Of a stretch of DNA of 64,000 nucleotides, positions 45,788 to 59,164 are shown one piece after another; position 1 is the stretch's first letter, and every line of letters starts with the position of its first letter. This DNA is from Macrostomum lignano (Eukaryota), in contig NIVC01000003.1 in assembly GCA_002269645.1 (NCBI GenBank), positions 62,001 through 126,000 of the forward strand, read 5' to 3'. The notes under the pieces were generated by a model. That model did not search any database. It was not told the origin of the DNA and saw only the letters and a program-made list of their open reading frames with translations. The translations under genes and the position numbers were made by a program.

Positions 45788-48383
45788 TCACCAAGAAATA
45801 GACGATTTGTACTCGTCCTTCAGCGAGAACCGCTTGATTGGCTCGTAGGACAAAATGATGAAGAAGCTGAACAGCGAGGACTGCAACAGGCGGGCGCTGA
45901 GGCCTTTCACCACGAAGGCGGCGCCCTCCTCTGTCCACAGGCGGCGCAGAGTGGAGGGCAGGTCCAGGCCTTCCACTTGCATGCGGACTCGAACCACATC
46001 GATGGGGTTGGTGATGAGGCCGGATGACATGCCAGACAGGGGGCGGAGGCCAGCTGGACTGGCAGGCGGGCGGCAGCTGCTGCGGGTCCTGGGGGCCGGG
46101 CTGGCCGACCGACATCAGGGCGACTGCGGCGCGGCCGATGGCGTCGCAGTAGAAGTTGTAGAAGGCCCACCACAGGGCCGAGTTGGGCACAAAGTGGGCG
46201 ATGGAGATCACGTAGCCCTGGGTTGGTGGGAATTGGAGCAAAGGGTTGACCACGGAATGTAGACTAGGGATCAGGACTCCGAGGCTAAAGATTGAGATTA
46301 GGGATTTTTTTATTGGGGAACGGGGATCTTGGATTACGGATAGTGGTTCTCGGATTAGCTTAGGTGTAGAGGCCAACTGGATAAGGGATGAGGCAATTAG
46401 ATTAGGGATAGGTTCAACTGGATTAGGGATAGGGCCAACTGGATTAGGGATAGGGGCAATTAGATTAGGGACAGGGTCAACTGGATTAGGGACAGGGTCA
46501 ACTGGATTAGGGACAGGGTCAACTGGATTAGGGACAGGGTCAACTGGATTAGGGACAGGGTCAACTGGATTATGGACAGGGTCAACTGGATTAGGGACAG
46601 GGTCAACTGGATTAGGGACAGGGTCAACTGGATTAGGGACAGGGTCAACTGGATTAGGGACAGGGTCAACTGGATTAGGGACAGGGTCAACTGGATTAGG
46701 GATAGGGCCAACTGGATTAGGGACAGGGCCATAAATTATCATGTTAGACATTGGAATTATTACATTGACGTCTGGTTCTCTTTAAAATAGGATTGGGACT
46801 TTTACATTGGGGATCAGGAATCTAGAGAATCTAATCGGGATTTAAAAAGTCCAACAGGCATTGAAATTAATTACCTTATAGAAGGCAGCCACGCCGTTCC
46901 GCCTGTACAGGGTGCGAACCACGGCAAGCGCGCGGCTTGGCGCGGTGCTCGCTTCGGCCTCGCTGATGCAGATCGGCGTCAGAGTGCGCGAAGAGGCGCC
47001 TGGCGCCCGGGACAAAACCTGCAGATGCTGGGAGACAACGTCCAGAGGGACCAGCACAGTCTGGGAGACTAGCGAGGCGCAGCCGCCGCCAAGGAAGCTG
47101 CGCATTGTTGGCGACATCCCGCGGGTGTCCTCGCGGACTCGCTCATAGGTGTAGGCGTACATGACTGAGCTCAGTACCTGCGTCAGTGGGAATAGGGTTA
47201 CTGAATATTTGATACTGAAATCTGCCGAATTTTATTGATTTTGAGGATGACTCCTAGCAGTGAAATTGGGATTCTTTGCTGTGAGATTGGGATTCCTAGC
47301 TGAGATTGGGATTAATTTTTGTGATTGCGATTCTTTATTATGAGATTGGGATTCTTTGTTGTGAGATTGAGATTCCTAGCTGAGAGATTGGGATTCTCTG
47401 ATGTGAGATTGGGATTGCTAGCTGTGAGATTGGGATTCCTAGCAGTGAAATTGGGATTCTCTGATGTGAGATTGGGATTCCTAGCTGTGAGATTGGGATT
47501 TTTAGCTGTGAGATTGGGATTTTTAGCTGTGAGATTGGGATTTTTAGCTGTGAGATTGGGATTCTCTGTCGTGAGATTGGGATTCCTAGCTGTGAGATTG
47601 AGAATAATTTTTGTGAGATTGCGATTCTTTGTTCTGAGATTGGAATTTTTTGCTGAGATTGGGACTTTTAGCTGTGAGATCTGGATTTTAGCTGTGAGAT
47701 TTGGATATTAGCTGTGAGATTGGGATTATCTGCCGTGAGATTGGGATTCCTAGCTGTGAGATTGGGATTTTTAGCTGTGAGATTGGGATTCCTAGATGTG
47801 AGATTGGGAATTTTAGTTGTGAGATTGGGATTCTTTGTAATGAGATTGGGATTCGTTGCTGAGATTTGGATTCTTTGTTGTGAGATTGGGATTCCTAGCT
47901 GTGAGATTTGGATTCTCTGCTGTAAGATTGGGATTCTTAGCTGTGAGATTGGGGACTCTTTGTCGTAAGATTGGGATTCTTAGCTGTAAAATAGGATATG
48001 AGAGCCGACTTGCAGTGAGTGAGGAGACAAGTCATCATTCTGACTCCGCTGACCCCCGAGCAACACACACAGGGTGCGAAGCGGCCCTGACTTGATAATC
48101 TTGGAATTCTCACCTGAAAATTCTTGACCCAAAATCCGGCGTAAAGGCCTCGCACGCCCTCCTGGCCCAGCACAGTCCGAAAGCAGTGCAGAAGGCCCCT
48201 GTAAACTTTGTGGCCCTCCTGCAGCTGCAGCCGGGTGCGCAGCAGGGTCAGCGGGTAGGTCACCACCTGCACAGTCAGCGAGCCCACAGTTGACAGCGGG
48301 AAGAATTTCCGCTTGTCAAGCTGGTACAGCTCGATGACTGGGAAGCCGCCTGGGCCACTTTGGTCTTTCACAGCTGACGGCAT
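45788..48383 (-). CDS. SLC25A44: Mitochondrial carrier SLC25A44-like, 3 exons; last exon shows two apparent 1-bp deletions
   Basis: Exons 48114-48383, 46875-47177, 45788-46217; IELYQLDKRKFF, YPLTLLRTRLQ, VPLDVVSQHLQ, PNSALWWAFY, TNPIDVVRVRMQVEG, KGLSARL, SYEPIKRFSLK..Y....W. Confidence 0.92.
46400..46728. repeat. 21-bp minisatellite (ggattagggacagggtcaact)
   Basis: About 15 copies in SLC25A44 intron 2. Confidence 0.95.
47255..47990. repeat. Degenerate 21-bp minisatellite (gctgtgagattgggattccta)
   Basis: About 33 copies in SLC25A44 intron 1. Confidence 0.92.
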
Positions 48384-51300
48384 TGACTGGGCCGCCGAGC
48401 TGCTGGCTGGGGCTGGTAGGGAAGCAAGTGACCAGGGAGCCTTGGTACGGCAGTCAATGGGATCGTGAGGAGAGATGGGAAGAGAAACCAGACGCTTTCA
48501 AATTCGCAGTGGGTTGTGTTGCCTGCCACAGCTGCCAACGCTAGAGTTGCTAAGCTGCAAATTGCATGAGTGAAAATATAGAAGTACTCATAACTTGAGC
48601 AGATGGCTCAATATATGTATTTCATCTTTACCCTGAATCCTTGACAGACATTACTGTTTTATAACCTTTTTTATAAAAACACAAAAATATACAGTTCTCA
48701 ACTTTGGCTTAACTTAGACATACTTTTGGAAACCACAAGAACTTTCTATTTTACCCATATATTGTTTCTATATTAAAATCATTAATCATGCAAAATAATT
48801 AATAAAAAGATAAATCAGTCATAGTCCTACTATTACAGGATTATAGATATGAATGTAGATATGGATATAGATAGGCTATGGGACCTTTTTGTAGATATAG
48901 ATTAAGATACAGATATAGGAAAATTTTGAATATGGAAAAACCCTACAAAAAAACTAGAATTTTATTTTATCAAAGTATAAAATCAGTAGTATTCCTTTAA
49001 AACTAGCCAAGTAATAAATAAGATAAAATGCCAAGATAAAGATTATTAATAGCAAAGAAAACCTAGGAATGGATAAAATTAACATCTTGTTGGTCATTTT
49101 AAACATTTTTATAAAACCCAATTTATCTGCTATGTTGAAATATATACTAAACAATTGAATAGTACTAAATCAAATAATTATTATCTGATAGACATTTTAC
49201 AAAAATTGAAAATTAAAAGATTTTATTAGCCTAATCTTATTTGTACTCTTTGATCTTGTAAAATATTTGAAACTACTTTGACAAAAGGCTTTTGCTCTAT
49301 ATGAGTTAATTTGATGGATGGTTTATTCTATTTTATTTCTCTTATGTCTTTAATAAACAAGTGGCAAAATAATTAGATTGCTTTATATCAAAGATATGTC
49401 ACTCTATGGCACAGTCAAGATGAGTGAAAGGTATGTTCTAAGGCCAAGTTCTTAGAGATTTACAAGAATGGCATATAGAAAGTCAATTAGACTACATTTT
49501 ACTTTATCCATAGTTTGGAATAGTCTATTTGTACCCCAGAAAAAATGACCAATTTTTTTGGCATATGCCAATGTATGCTGAATATATTAACTTATGCAAA
49601 GCTTCAAATTGTAAATTTTGTAACAATACTACTAGACTAGTGATTTTAATATTTAATTTCAATTAGATAAAGTAGAAAACTAAAAATAATAACTATATTT
49701 GTATAATGTTTCATGTATATAAAGAAAACAACAAAATTTATGCATTTTTGATCATTTTAAATTCTTACCTTAAAAACAGTGGCATATCTAGGAGGGGGGA
49801 TCTGGGTATATATCTCCCCTAACCCCCTATTTTGATAATTTTATAGGAAACAAAAATGAGTTTTTTTAAGAAAAAAAGCAAAGCAAAGCAGCTTAGATAT
49901 GGAAAAATTGCTAAAAATGGCCTATTTCACCTATAGATTACTATTAAAATGTTTTAAACAATATTTCCACAAATCCCTAGTTCCTAAAATGCTGTAGACA
50001 GGAACGACATCTGCTGGCTTTATTCTGATTTTAACAAAGTAAAGTTTTAGCCTAATTAACATGGTTTTTGTACTTTTTAAATGCATCTTTCAAGCAAAAA
50101 ATTGCAAAAAGACTATTTTATTAGTCTAAAATTTTATCCCTAAAAGTTATTCCCCCTTTTCAAAATCCTAGGTATGCCACTGCTTGTAAAATATAGATAT
50201 AAGTTTTGGGTAAAATAGTTATCAAATTTTACCATTATAATGCATAGACAACTATTGTGACTGCCATAGTCTAGCTCATGCTAGGTGTGTACCCAAACAA
50301 AAATTGAATAGTTACAAATACATGCATGCCAAAAAATTTGAATGCATACCCACACCCAAATCTAAGCCAGTTTTGCACCAATAAATGACCTTTTCTGCAT
50401 TGCAACATTAAATGACCTTTTGTGTATTATGAAAAGGACTCCTTTTGGATAATAATTTGATTTAATATTTACTATTTATAGCACAAAATTATTACCAACA
50501 AACATTTGTCTAAATGTTTTTACAAGCTTAAAATACTAGATACCTTGAAATTTATGCTTAAAGATTGCTTTAATCTTTAATCTTAAAGATTGCTAGAATG
50601 CTTTTTAATCTATTTTCTATTTAACAGTAACTCTTCCACATAATTCTATAATGTGCATGCCAGGTATAATCATACACATTGTTTTTAGGAGTCATGCATT
50701 TCAACTATGCATAATTAACTTTTGAAATGCAAGGCCAATGCATTCCCAAATTTTTAGGCATACAGTGTATACTACATGATCAAGAGATTGTATGACTATT
50801 ATTGATGATGTATTTTTTTAATTTTTGGTGCATACCACTTATTACAACATTAAATGTATACCAAAAGACCAAAATCACTTTTTGTGTGCCAACATATATG
50901 CCATTTTTTTAGTAGGCCTATATCCTAGAAATTTCTAGTGTATATGCCCTATAGTCAAGATCATAACATACCAGTACCAATACCGGAATAAATCTTATCA
51001 AAAAGTTTGATTGCACTGTGCACTAGAAAAATCTTATTAAAAAAGTTTGTTTGCACTGTCAGAATTTTTTTAAAGAGAAACACAAAAACTTGATAAATAT
51101 CAATAAAGCTATAAGAAAGGCAAAATATATCAAAAGATAAACATTGGGTTTATGCCTTCTACTGCTTTATTGCTTCATATCAAAAGTAATAAAAAAATTA
51201 TGTTGAAAAAATAAAAGCTTTCTATATCTATATTGTATTTTTTAAAGAACCTATTGATAGCCTGTTTAATTAAAATTACATTAACAATAACACCACATTT

Positions 51301-51454
51301 TCTATAGAACAGATTTAAAAACAAGTTTTAGTGGTATTTTTCAAATAGAAATTTATACTGCTTCTCGTGTTTTTGTTTAAAAATTTAGGAGTCTATTATT
51401 TTTTTATTTGCTTTTTATTCAGTTTTTTATCTTTCTATTTGATTAGTTCTTGAT

Positions 51455-51495
51455 ATTGCAAGTATTCTTTTTTATATATCTAAATCTAAGCTGTC

Positions 51496-51548
<53 letters not shown>

Positions 51549-51720
51549 GTAATTGATAATAGAAAAAACGGCTCAACCGATTTCCACCAAACTTGCACCA
51601 TTTGATCAGAAATTTTTCCGTGACGGTACATGGGTCATGGCTAAGAGATTGCTCAATGCTAAAGGGATTAAATATTCCAAAAACATGGCTTTTTTGCAAA
51701 GGTCAAGCAGCTCTTTTGAC
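51455..51720. mobile_element. Possible Helentron-associated (HINE/DINE-1-like) non-autonomous element containing (TCTG)n
   Basis: tatatatcta start, (gtct)n at 51491-51548, then cggctcaaccgattt...aaacttg, a layout typical of such elements. Confidence 0.4.
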
Positions 51721-52129
51721 TTCAAATGCATTGTAAGAATGCTAGAGAAAAAACTGACTGGTTGAATTCTGATTCTGAAATAGATTGCATCACACCAGGC
51801 TTTTTATTTATCATCAGTGTATACTGGCTGAATTTTGACACTGAATTGAATTGCGCCAGTCTGAAGTACACAGTGTGGAAGCATATAGCACAAGACTTGA
51901 TTGATATTGCGTAATTGAATTGCTAACTTAAATAGTGACTGACATTGACTGACTGGAAGTAAATTATGTCATGACTTTTATTCCAACTGACGTGTTGTGA
52001 CTGTGTTGAATTATAAGTGCTACAATTCATGTATGAGCATATCAATCAATGAAAGCTAGCCTAGATGCAAACAGATAGAGCTGCTAAAGCAGTGACTGGG
52101 TTTGAATTTTAGTAGATAATTATTCATTG

Positions 52130-53345
52130 GGAAATTGCTAAAATTTCAAGACTTACTGGGAAAACTGCTAAGATGTCGAGGCTATGGAGGGATTTGCTGA
52201 GATGTCAAGGCTTATTAAGAATTGCTGGGATGTCAAGGCTTACACAATTCACTGCTAAGATGTCATTGTCAAGGCTTATTGGGGAATTGCTGGGATGTCA
52301 AGGCTTATAGCTATGGGAATTTCTGGAATGTCAAGGCTTATTGGGGAATTGCTGAGATGTCTAGGCTTATTAGGCAATTGCTGAGATGTCAAGGCTTATG
52401 GGGAATTTCTGGGATGTCAAGGCTTATGGGGAATTGCTGGGATGTCAAGGCTTATGGGGAATTTCTGGGATGTCTAGGCTTATTGGGGAATTGCTGGGAT
52501 GTCAAGGCTTACTGGGGAATTGCTAAAATGTCAAGGCTTACAGCTATCAGAATTGCTGAAATATTGCTGAAATGTCAAAGCTTACAGTTGGGGGAATTGC
52601 TGAGATGCCAAGGCTTACAGCTGAGGGAATTGCTGAGATGTCAAGGCTTATAGCTAAGGGAATTGCTTTAATTTCTTAGACTTTAAGACTTAGTGGGGGA
52701 ATTGCTGAGATGTCAAAGCACTGGGAGAATTGCTGGGATGTCAAGGCTTATAGCTAGGGAAATTGCTGGGATGTCAAGGCTTACAGCTGGGGGAATTGCT
52801 GAGATGCCAAGGCTTACAGCTGAGGGAATTGCTGAGATGTCAAGGCTTATAGCTAATGGAATTGCTTTATGGGAGGTCGAGGCTTATAAAGAATTGCTGA
52901 GATGTCTAGGCTTACTAGGGAATTGCTGAGATGTCAAGGCTTAGGCCCTATAGAGAATATTGCTGGGATGTCCAGGCTTACTAGGGAATTGCTAAGATGT
53001 CAAGGCTTATAGCTGGGGGAATTTCTGGAATGTCAAGACTTATTGGGGAATTACTGAATTGTCTAGGCTTATTAGGTAATTGCTGAGATGTCAAGGCTTA
53101 TGGGGAATTGCTGAGATGTCAAGGCTTATAAGGAATTGCTAAGGTGTCAAGGCTTATAGCTAGGGGAATTGCTGAGATATCAAGGCTTACTGGGAAATTG
53201 TTGGAATGTCAAAGCTTATGGGAAATTGCTGAGATGTCCAGGCTTACTGGGGAATTGCTGGGATATCAAGGCTTATAGCTAGGAGAATTATTGAGATATC
53301 AAGGCTTACAGTTTAGGGAATTGCAATTGCTGAGATGTCAAGGCT
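52130..53345. repeat. Degenerate about 30-bp minisatellite (ggggaattgctgagatgtcaaggctta)
   Basis: About 38 diverged copies. Confidence 0.92.
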
Positions 53346-54261
53346 TACTTGAAGTGCATGAGTCTATTATTTAATATTTTAGCAACATTAACATTTTCCT
53401 TTTTGCACTTCCCAAATGGGCTGGATTGCTAGTAGGCCTATTATAGTATTATATATAGGCCTAATACAAATACAAAGCTAATATTTATTGAAAATATCTA
53501 GATTTTATTATAAATACTAGAGGCAACAAATTATATTTCATACCAATACCAATGCCATACCAATACCATGCCATGCCTAGACAAGACTAATCTATGCTGA
53601 ATTCCATCCACCAAAATCAAAATGCCCATTGCCTAGGCCTATCCTATCCTATACAGTATACTGCATAGTACCTCATATATATACCTCATATATATATATA
53701 CCTCATATACTGCAATTCTGCAAATCCTGCAATGGAGTAATTTGAGATCTAAATGATAACAAGATTGAAAAAAATGAAACAATACTTAATAAGGCTGCTT
53801 TGGCTATTTGACCTATTTCACAAGTAATGTGAGTTTGACTAAAATTGAATTCGTCCAACGCAGGATTTTGTGTGAAATATAAATGAAAAAGAATTCACTA
53901 CTGTAGCACCCACCCCTCATCCTACGCTTGCTCGATGAAGGAATTGAATGCACGATATGTCAACACACTCCACTGACGAAAAAGAAAGCCACCAACTGTA
54001 GGCGGAGGCCGTCACCGACAAAATATAAGGAATCCGGCCTCGTTTGAATTTACCTTTGCTGCAGAAAATAAGTATAGAACGCGAGAAAACCAGTAGTGTA
54101 GGTGCTTTTAAAATTTTCCAAGATAGCAAATGCTCAGTCTAAATTTAAACAAAAATACAGATTGAATCTAAAATTTTCCATATTTGTTTAAAAACTTGCA
54201 ATTCTTAGCCTGATATTTTTTTTCTATTTCATTCGCTGCGTCCGGCTGTTCAGTCCAAGGG

Positions 54262-54680
54262 GTGCTTTCACAAGGTCGAAATTTCACAACGTCGAAAAGT
54301 AAAATATTTCACAAGGTCGAAACTTCACAAGGTCGAAATTTCATAACATCGAAAACTGAAATAGCATCCACTTTCACAAGGTCGAAACTTCATAAGCTCG
54401 AAATTTCGCAACATCGAAAATTTAATATAACAAAGCTAATACAATAGTTTTCTACGTTGTGAAATTTCGACCTTGTGAAAGTGGCTGCTATTTGAGTTTT
54501 CGATGTTCTGAAATTTCGACCTTATGAAGTCTTCGATGTTGTAAAATTTCGACCTTGTGAAGTTTCGACCTTGTGAAAGTGGCTGCTATTTCAGTTTTCG
54601 ATGTTATGAAATTTCGACCTTGTGAAATTTCGATCTTGTGAAAGAAGGTGCTTTCGACGTTGTGAAATTTCGAGTTTGTG
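54262..54680. repeat. Fold-back element built from tttcacaaggtcgaaa units in opposite orientations
   Basis: Left arm has tttcacaaggtcgaaa repeats; right arm has tttcgaccttgtgaaa repeats. Confidence 0.8.
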
Positions 54681-54994
54681 AACCCCCCCCCCCCACATAC
54701 ATGGTATGGGGGGTCGCTACACACATGCAACGGGTGTTGGTCTTTCGCGGCCCGGCCCGGCCCAGGGCCGCGGCGTTGTTACTTTAGTTTTAACTTAATT
54801 TAAAAAATAGAGCATCAGAAGTTCATTAAATTGACAATCAATATTTTACAACGTAGTAACCTCCCAATTGACTGTAAAAATATGCGGCATTCTGGTCAGT
54901 AGTTTTTGTTTTACTTATTTACTAAAATAGATTTACATTGGCTAAATAGGGGCCGCCCGGGCCGGCCGGGCCGTGACGAATTACCGATACCCCA

Positions 54995-55212
54995 CATGCA
55001 ACCCTCAATTACCCCAGCTAATGCTGGTACCCATTTTACAACTGGGTGAACTGAAGCAATGCAGAGTTAAGAGTCTTGCTCAATTAAGGACACAAATTGT
55101 TACGTTGGGATTCGGGAATCGAACCCCGACCTTCAAGCAAGGACCCAATGTATATAGCTATGCAGTGGTCCTAATTGCCTTTAAGTCGTGAGAGTCCGAC
55201 GCTCTAACCCCC
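54995..55212 (+). mobile_element. CORE-SINE-like remnant, copy 2
   Basis: accctcaattaccccagctaatgctgg..ccattttacaactgggtgaactgaagcaatgcagagttaag, then gggaatcgaacccc and gagtccgacgctctaacc. Confidence 0.65.
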
Positions 55213-56754
55213 AGAACCTACATTACGGGGGCTACCCCCAGAAAACTTTTGCTGTAGCTTACATACTTGTACATGTTAATGTAACTTTGTTTAAAAACTT
55301 TGGACAGCTAAAAGGTTCAGAGCAATCAGAAAGCTTAAAACCAGTGTACCGGTAAATTTATGCAATGGAAAAACCCGCATTTCTGAGCGTGCAGTCTAAA
55401 ACAAAATTCCAATTAAAATCCTTATGTATACGGTAGTAGTAGTAGTAGCTACATTGCATGTGTACATGTTTGGGTAAATTGGTACATGTCGTAAATGCAC
55501 ACGTTGGTAAGTGAGATTGTTAAAATTCATTAATTTATCAATACTTAATTAAAATCGATATATTCTGGAAATGTGACACAAGCTGTGTTTCTTCATATTC
55601 AATATGGCATCATTTATTGCATTAATATGATCATTAATACAACTATTTACAAGTGTACGGAACTACTGGAAAAATTTGTCTTCATAATTCAAGTTTAATG
55701 ATTTACAGATCAAGCTGCTGAGAGTACATCCGATAATTGAATCTTCATAAGGTGCCCACAGGTTTTTGAGAAGACAAAAAAGTATTTAATAACTCAAAAA
55801 CAGGCAACAGTAAATTTCAAAGCAATTCCTATGTGACATTTTCACGAAAACGAACGGCCGGTGCTTGTCATTCATTGATTGGAAACAGCAGTTAGTAACT
55901 ACGAAGAATTTCGGCTCAATTCCCAAGCATTGTGTTTCTAAAAATGAGAAGAAAAATTCTCCGTTACAAAGCACTTATGTGCAAAAAACATGAGTACATG
56001 TTTCAGTACATGCAGTATGGGACTGCAGATGGGAAAATTGGATTTAAAACAGGTAAATCTCAGGATGCCCAAAATCTGTGATGCCCCGGTTCTCTCCGGA
56101 AAATTTAGCTGTATCGAATGAATATGGAAATTTGATATGCCCATTACTCAACAGCTCTTGCAGATGAGGCAGACGAGAGAGTAGAGGATGGGAGAGGCTC
56201 ATGGCCTCGCCGAACAAGAAAGTGCAGAGAGTTTAAAATAGAGGAAAAGAAGAGCACAGGGAGAAGAGGAAGTGAAGCGGGGTGAGTTAATCAGATTCTC
56301 CATCAGTCAGCCCCCCATCCTGGGTGTTTTCTGCTCCCGGGGAACATAGCTAAGTGCAGTCAGGACGGAGAAAAGACTCCGGGTCTCTGGGGGCACCGCT
56401 TGATGGCCACCGCCCTGCTGCGCTGTCGCTGGCGCGGTAAAAATCTGCGGACCCGTCGTCCGCAGCCACCAGGCCGGGGCGGGGCCCGCATCCTGCGCAG
56501 TCTGGGCTGGCTTAAGATATGCGCGAGGATCTTCTCCTCGCACACCGAACCGAATCGCGCGGGAGAGAGGGAGGGCGGAGACGCCGCGGGCAGAGAGGAG
56601 AGCCTGGGGGACGGGCCGGAGCGCATCTAGGCCAGAGGGAGTGGTCGCATTCTCAGATGGGAATGCGGGGGCATGTTTGTAAATATTTATAGGCTCTTTA
56701 CGCTGGTAACTCTCCTAACTTGGGAAAGACATGTACGGTACGAACTTGAAAGGA

Positions 56755-56998
56755 GCCGATGGGAGGAGAGCTGAAGGGAGGAGAGCTGAAGGGAGGAGAG
56801 CTGAAGGGAGGAGAGCTGAAGGGAGGAGAGCTGAAGGGAGGAGAGCTGAAGGGAGGAGAGCTGAAGGGAGGAGAGCTGAAGGGAGAGAGCTGAAGGGAGG
56901 AGAGCTGAAGGGAGGAGAGCTGAAGGGAGGAGAGCTGAAGGGAGGAGAGCTGAAGGGAGGAGAGCTGAAGGGAGGAGAGCCGAAGGGAGGAGAGCTTA
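56755..56998. repeat. 15-bp purine-rich minisatellite (gaagggaggagagct)
   Basis: About 16 copies just 3' of the YPEL stop codon. Confidence 0.95.
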
Positions 56999-57026
56999 GG
57001 CGGGCGGCACTCGCAGCTGGCCCACC

Positions 57027-57484
57027 TTAGAGCGCCTCGGGCTCATCCGAGTCCCAGCCGTTGTCCTTGATAAGGTGCGCTAGCTCGATGATGAACTTGC
57101 CCTCCTTGTAGCGCTGCGAGCTCTCAAATGCGCGCTCGTACTTCCAGCCTAGGACGGTACGGCAGCCCTGGCACTGGATGTCAGCCACGCTGTGCAGCCC
57201 CGTGAGCAGCTGGCGGTCCTCCGCTGGCCCGGCCGTCACGTTGACCACCCGGTCGAACAGGTAGGCCCGGCCCTGGCTGCCCTGGAAGCTCTTGCTGATG
57301 AGGTCGGCGTGGGCGGCCAGGTGGGCCCGGCAGTGCACGCAGGCGTAGGTGCGGGCCCCGCCAGGCGAGCCTGGACTGCTGCTGAGGTACACCTGGAAGG
57401 TTTTGGTGCCGCCGACGGAGCCGGAGCTCGTGGAGGAACCGGCAGGGCCGGGCGAAGCGCCCGAGGACGACTGGACGCTGGGAC
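57027..57484 (-). CDS. YPEL: Yippee-like protein (YPEL1-4 type), main coding exon; start codon unresolved
   Basis: [48 protein letters not shown]...LGWKYE.AFE.SQ.YKEGK.IIEL; acceptor at 57485; probable upstream exon ending at 58122. Confidence 0.93.
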
Positions 57485-57524
57485 CTGCGGACCGGGAAAG
57501 TGCGTAGAGATTTGCATATAATCC

Positions 57525-57775
57525 AACTGAGATGTTTACCTAATCCCACTGAGATGTTCACCTAATCCCACTGAGATGTGTACCTAATCCCACTGAGATG
57601 TGTACCTAATCCTACTGAGATGTGTTACCTAATCCCACAGAGATGTGTACCTAATCCCACTGAGATGTTCACCTAATCCCACTGAGATGCGTACCTAATC
57701 CTACTGAGATGTGTTACCTAATCCCACTGAGATGTGTACCTAATCCCATTGAGATGTTCACCTAATCCCACTAAG
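57525..57775. repeat. About 23-bp minisatellite (cctaatcccactgagatgtgta)
   Basis: About 11 copies in the YPEL intron. Confidence 0.92.
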
Positions 57776-59164
57776 ATTTTTACCAAGGACCACTAGGAAC
57801 TCTTCGATATGGACTAGTCTAGTAGTCCTTGATTTTTATCCACAAATTTGTACCTTAATCTCCCTAATCCCACTGAGATTAAAATTTTTACGAAGTATTC
57901 TAGCTTTTATTTGTATTTTAACTTCAATTTTGGACTGTGCATGGGGAGACTACAATGCTGCACCATCCTATTGTGCACACAGGTGACCCCTTGAAAGAAC
58001 CTGCTGGGGCAAATCAATGTCGGGCCGGTCTTCCTACTCCTTCGAGACAGAATCTCTGAGCTGCCCACGCAAAGCAAACAGAAGATAGCGCACGCGCATG
58101 CGCTCCAAATCTACGACTCACTTGGCGGCTCCAGGGCGAGGTCTCAGATGACAGTCCCGAGAAGTGCCGGTTTGGATGAAGGATCACGGATGAGGGTGGC
58201 TCTGGCGGCCCGAACGCTTAAAAGTGCATTCAGGTTGGCTAGGCGATCTCAGTCCCTTTCTATCCCCTTCAGTTGAGCTGCAGGTAAGCCGCCGAGGCAG
58301 TCGGGGAGCGGCACCGGCCTGTCCGCAAGCAGCCCAGCTTGGCAAGCAAAGCGGCGTTTTCCACCTTATAAAGGCGGCGACGCCAACCAGCGATAATGAA
58401 AATGGCTAGATGGTGGGGAGAGGAGGATCCCGGATGGCGAGGGGGCGTGCGGATTTTGCGAGTGCAAGCAGAGGTACACCGGCCGGGATAGAAGCAGAGA
58501 CGGGGAGACGAGTTTTGGGAGAGAGCGCGCAGGAGGGCAGAGAGAAGCCCGACCGGCAGGGGCGCAAAAGCAGGCAGAACAGCGAAGGCGACTGCGGGAA
58601 AGAGCGGACGGAGTAGTTGAGAAACGGACGGCGCAGGCAGGGACTCGGGGGATCGGCTTGGGGCGGGGCGAGCCGATCAGCTGACTCGGGGTGAGGGGAG
58701 AAACAAGGCCGAGAGTCCAGACGGAGAGAGTGAAGACGGGAGAAATTTCCCAATCTCCCCCACCCCGACTGTTCTCTCCCTGACCGGCTCAAATGCTTCT
58801 CTTTTTGGGTTACATTCTTGAAGGACTTGGACTGCTCAAGCAATAGAAATAGGGCTGCAGAGCCCTGGACCGATCTTCCCTGTGAGCTCGCGCGCACTCG
58901 AAAGCTCCTTCCATTGCTTGACAGTGCCAGCAGTTGAGTACTCGTACGATTATTTGCACTTGCGCGAACTTTTCTTTCACTTTCCTGAAATGCTAATCAC
59001 TGTATAATACGATGGAATCTTCATTCTTCAGGCAAGGAAGGGCAAAAGGCAATTAACAATTACTGATAAACCGAAGCTTTTCGAGCCCAGCTCAAACTCG
59101 AATTTTGTGCAGAATCACTCGTAGCATGGATACCATACTCAGTTTGAGTTCAGTTCGCTAAGAA

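Noticed and set aside
54748-54973. GC-rich inverted repeat (cggcccggccc...gggccggccgggccg) as a MITE
   Set aside because: No TSD and no second copy in the window
58406-58897. 163-aa ORF upstream of YPEL
   Set aside because: Strong purine/pyrimidine skew and no homology-like motif; probably promoter or 5' UTR
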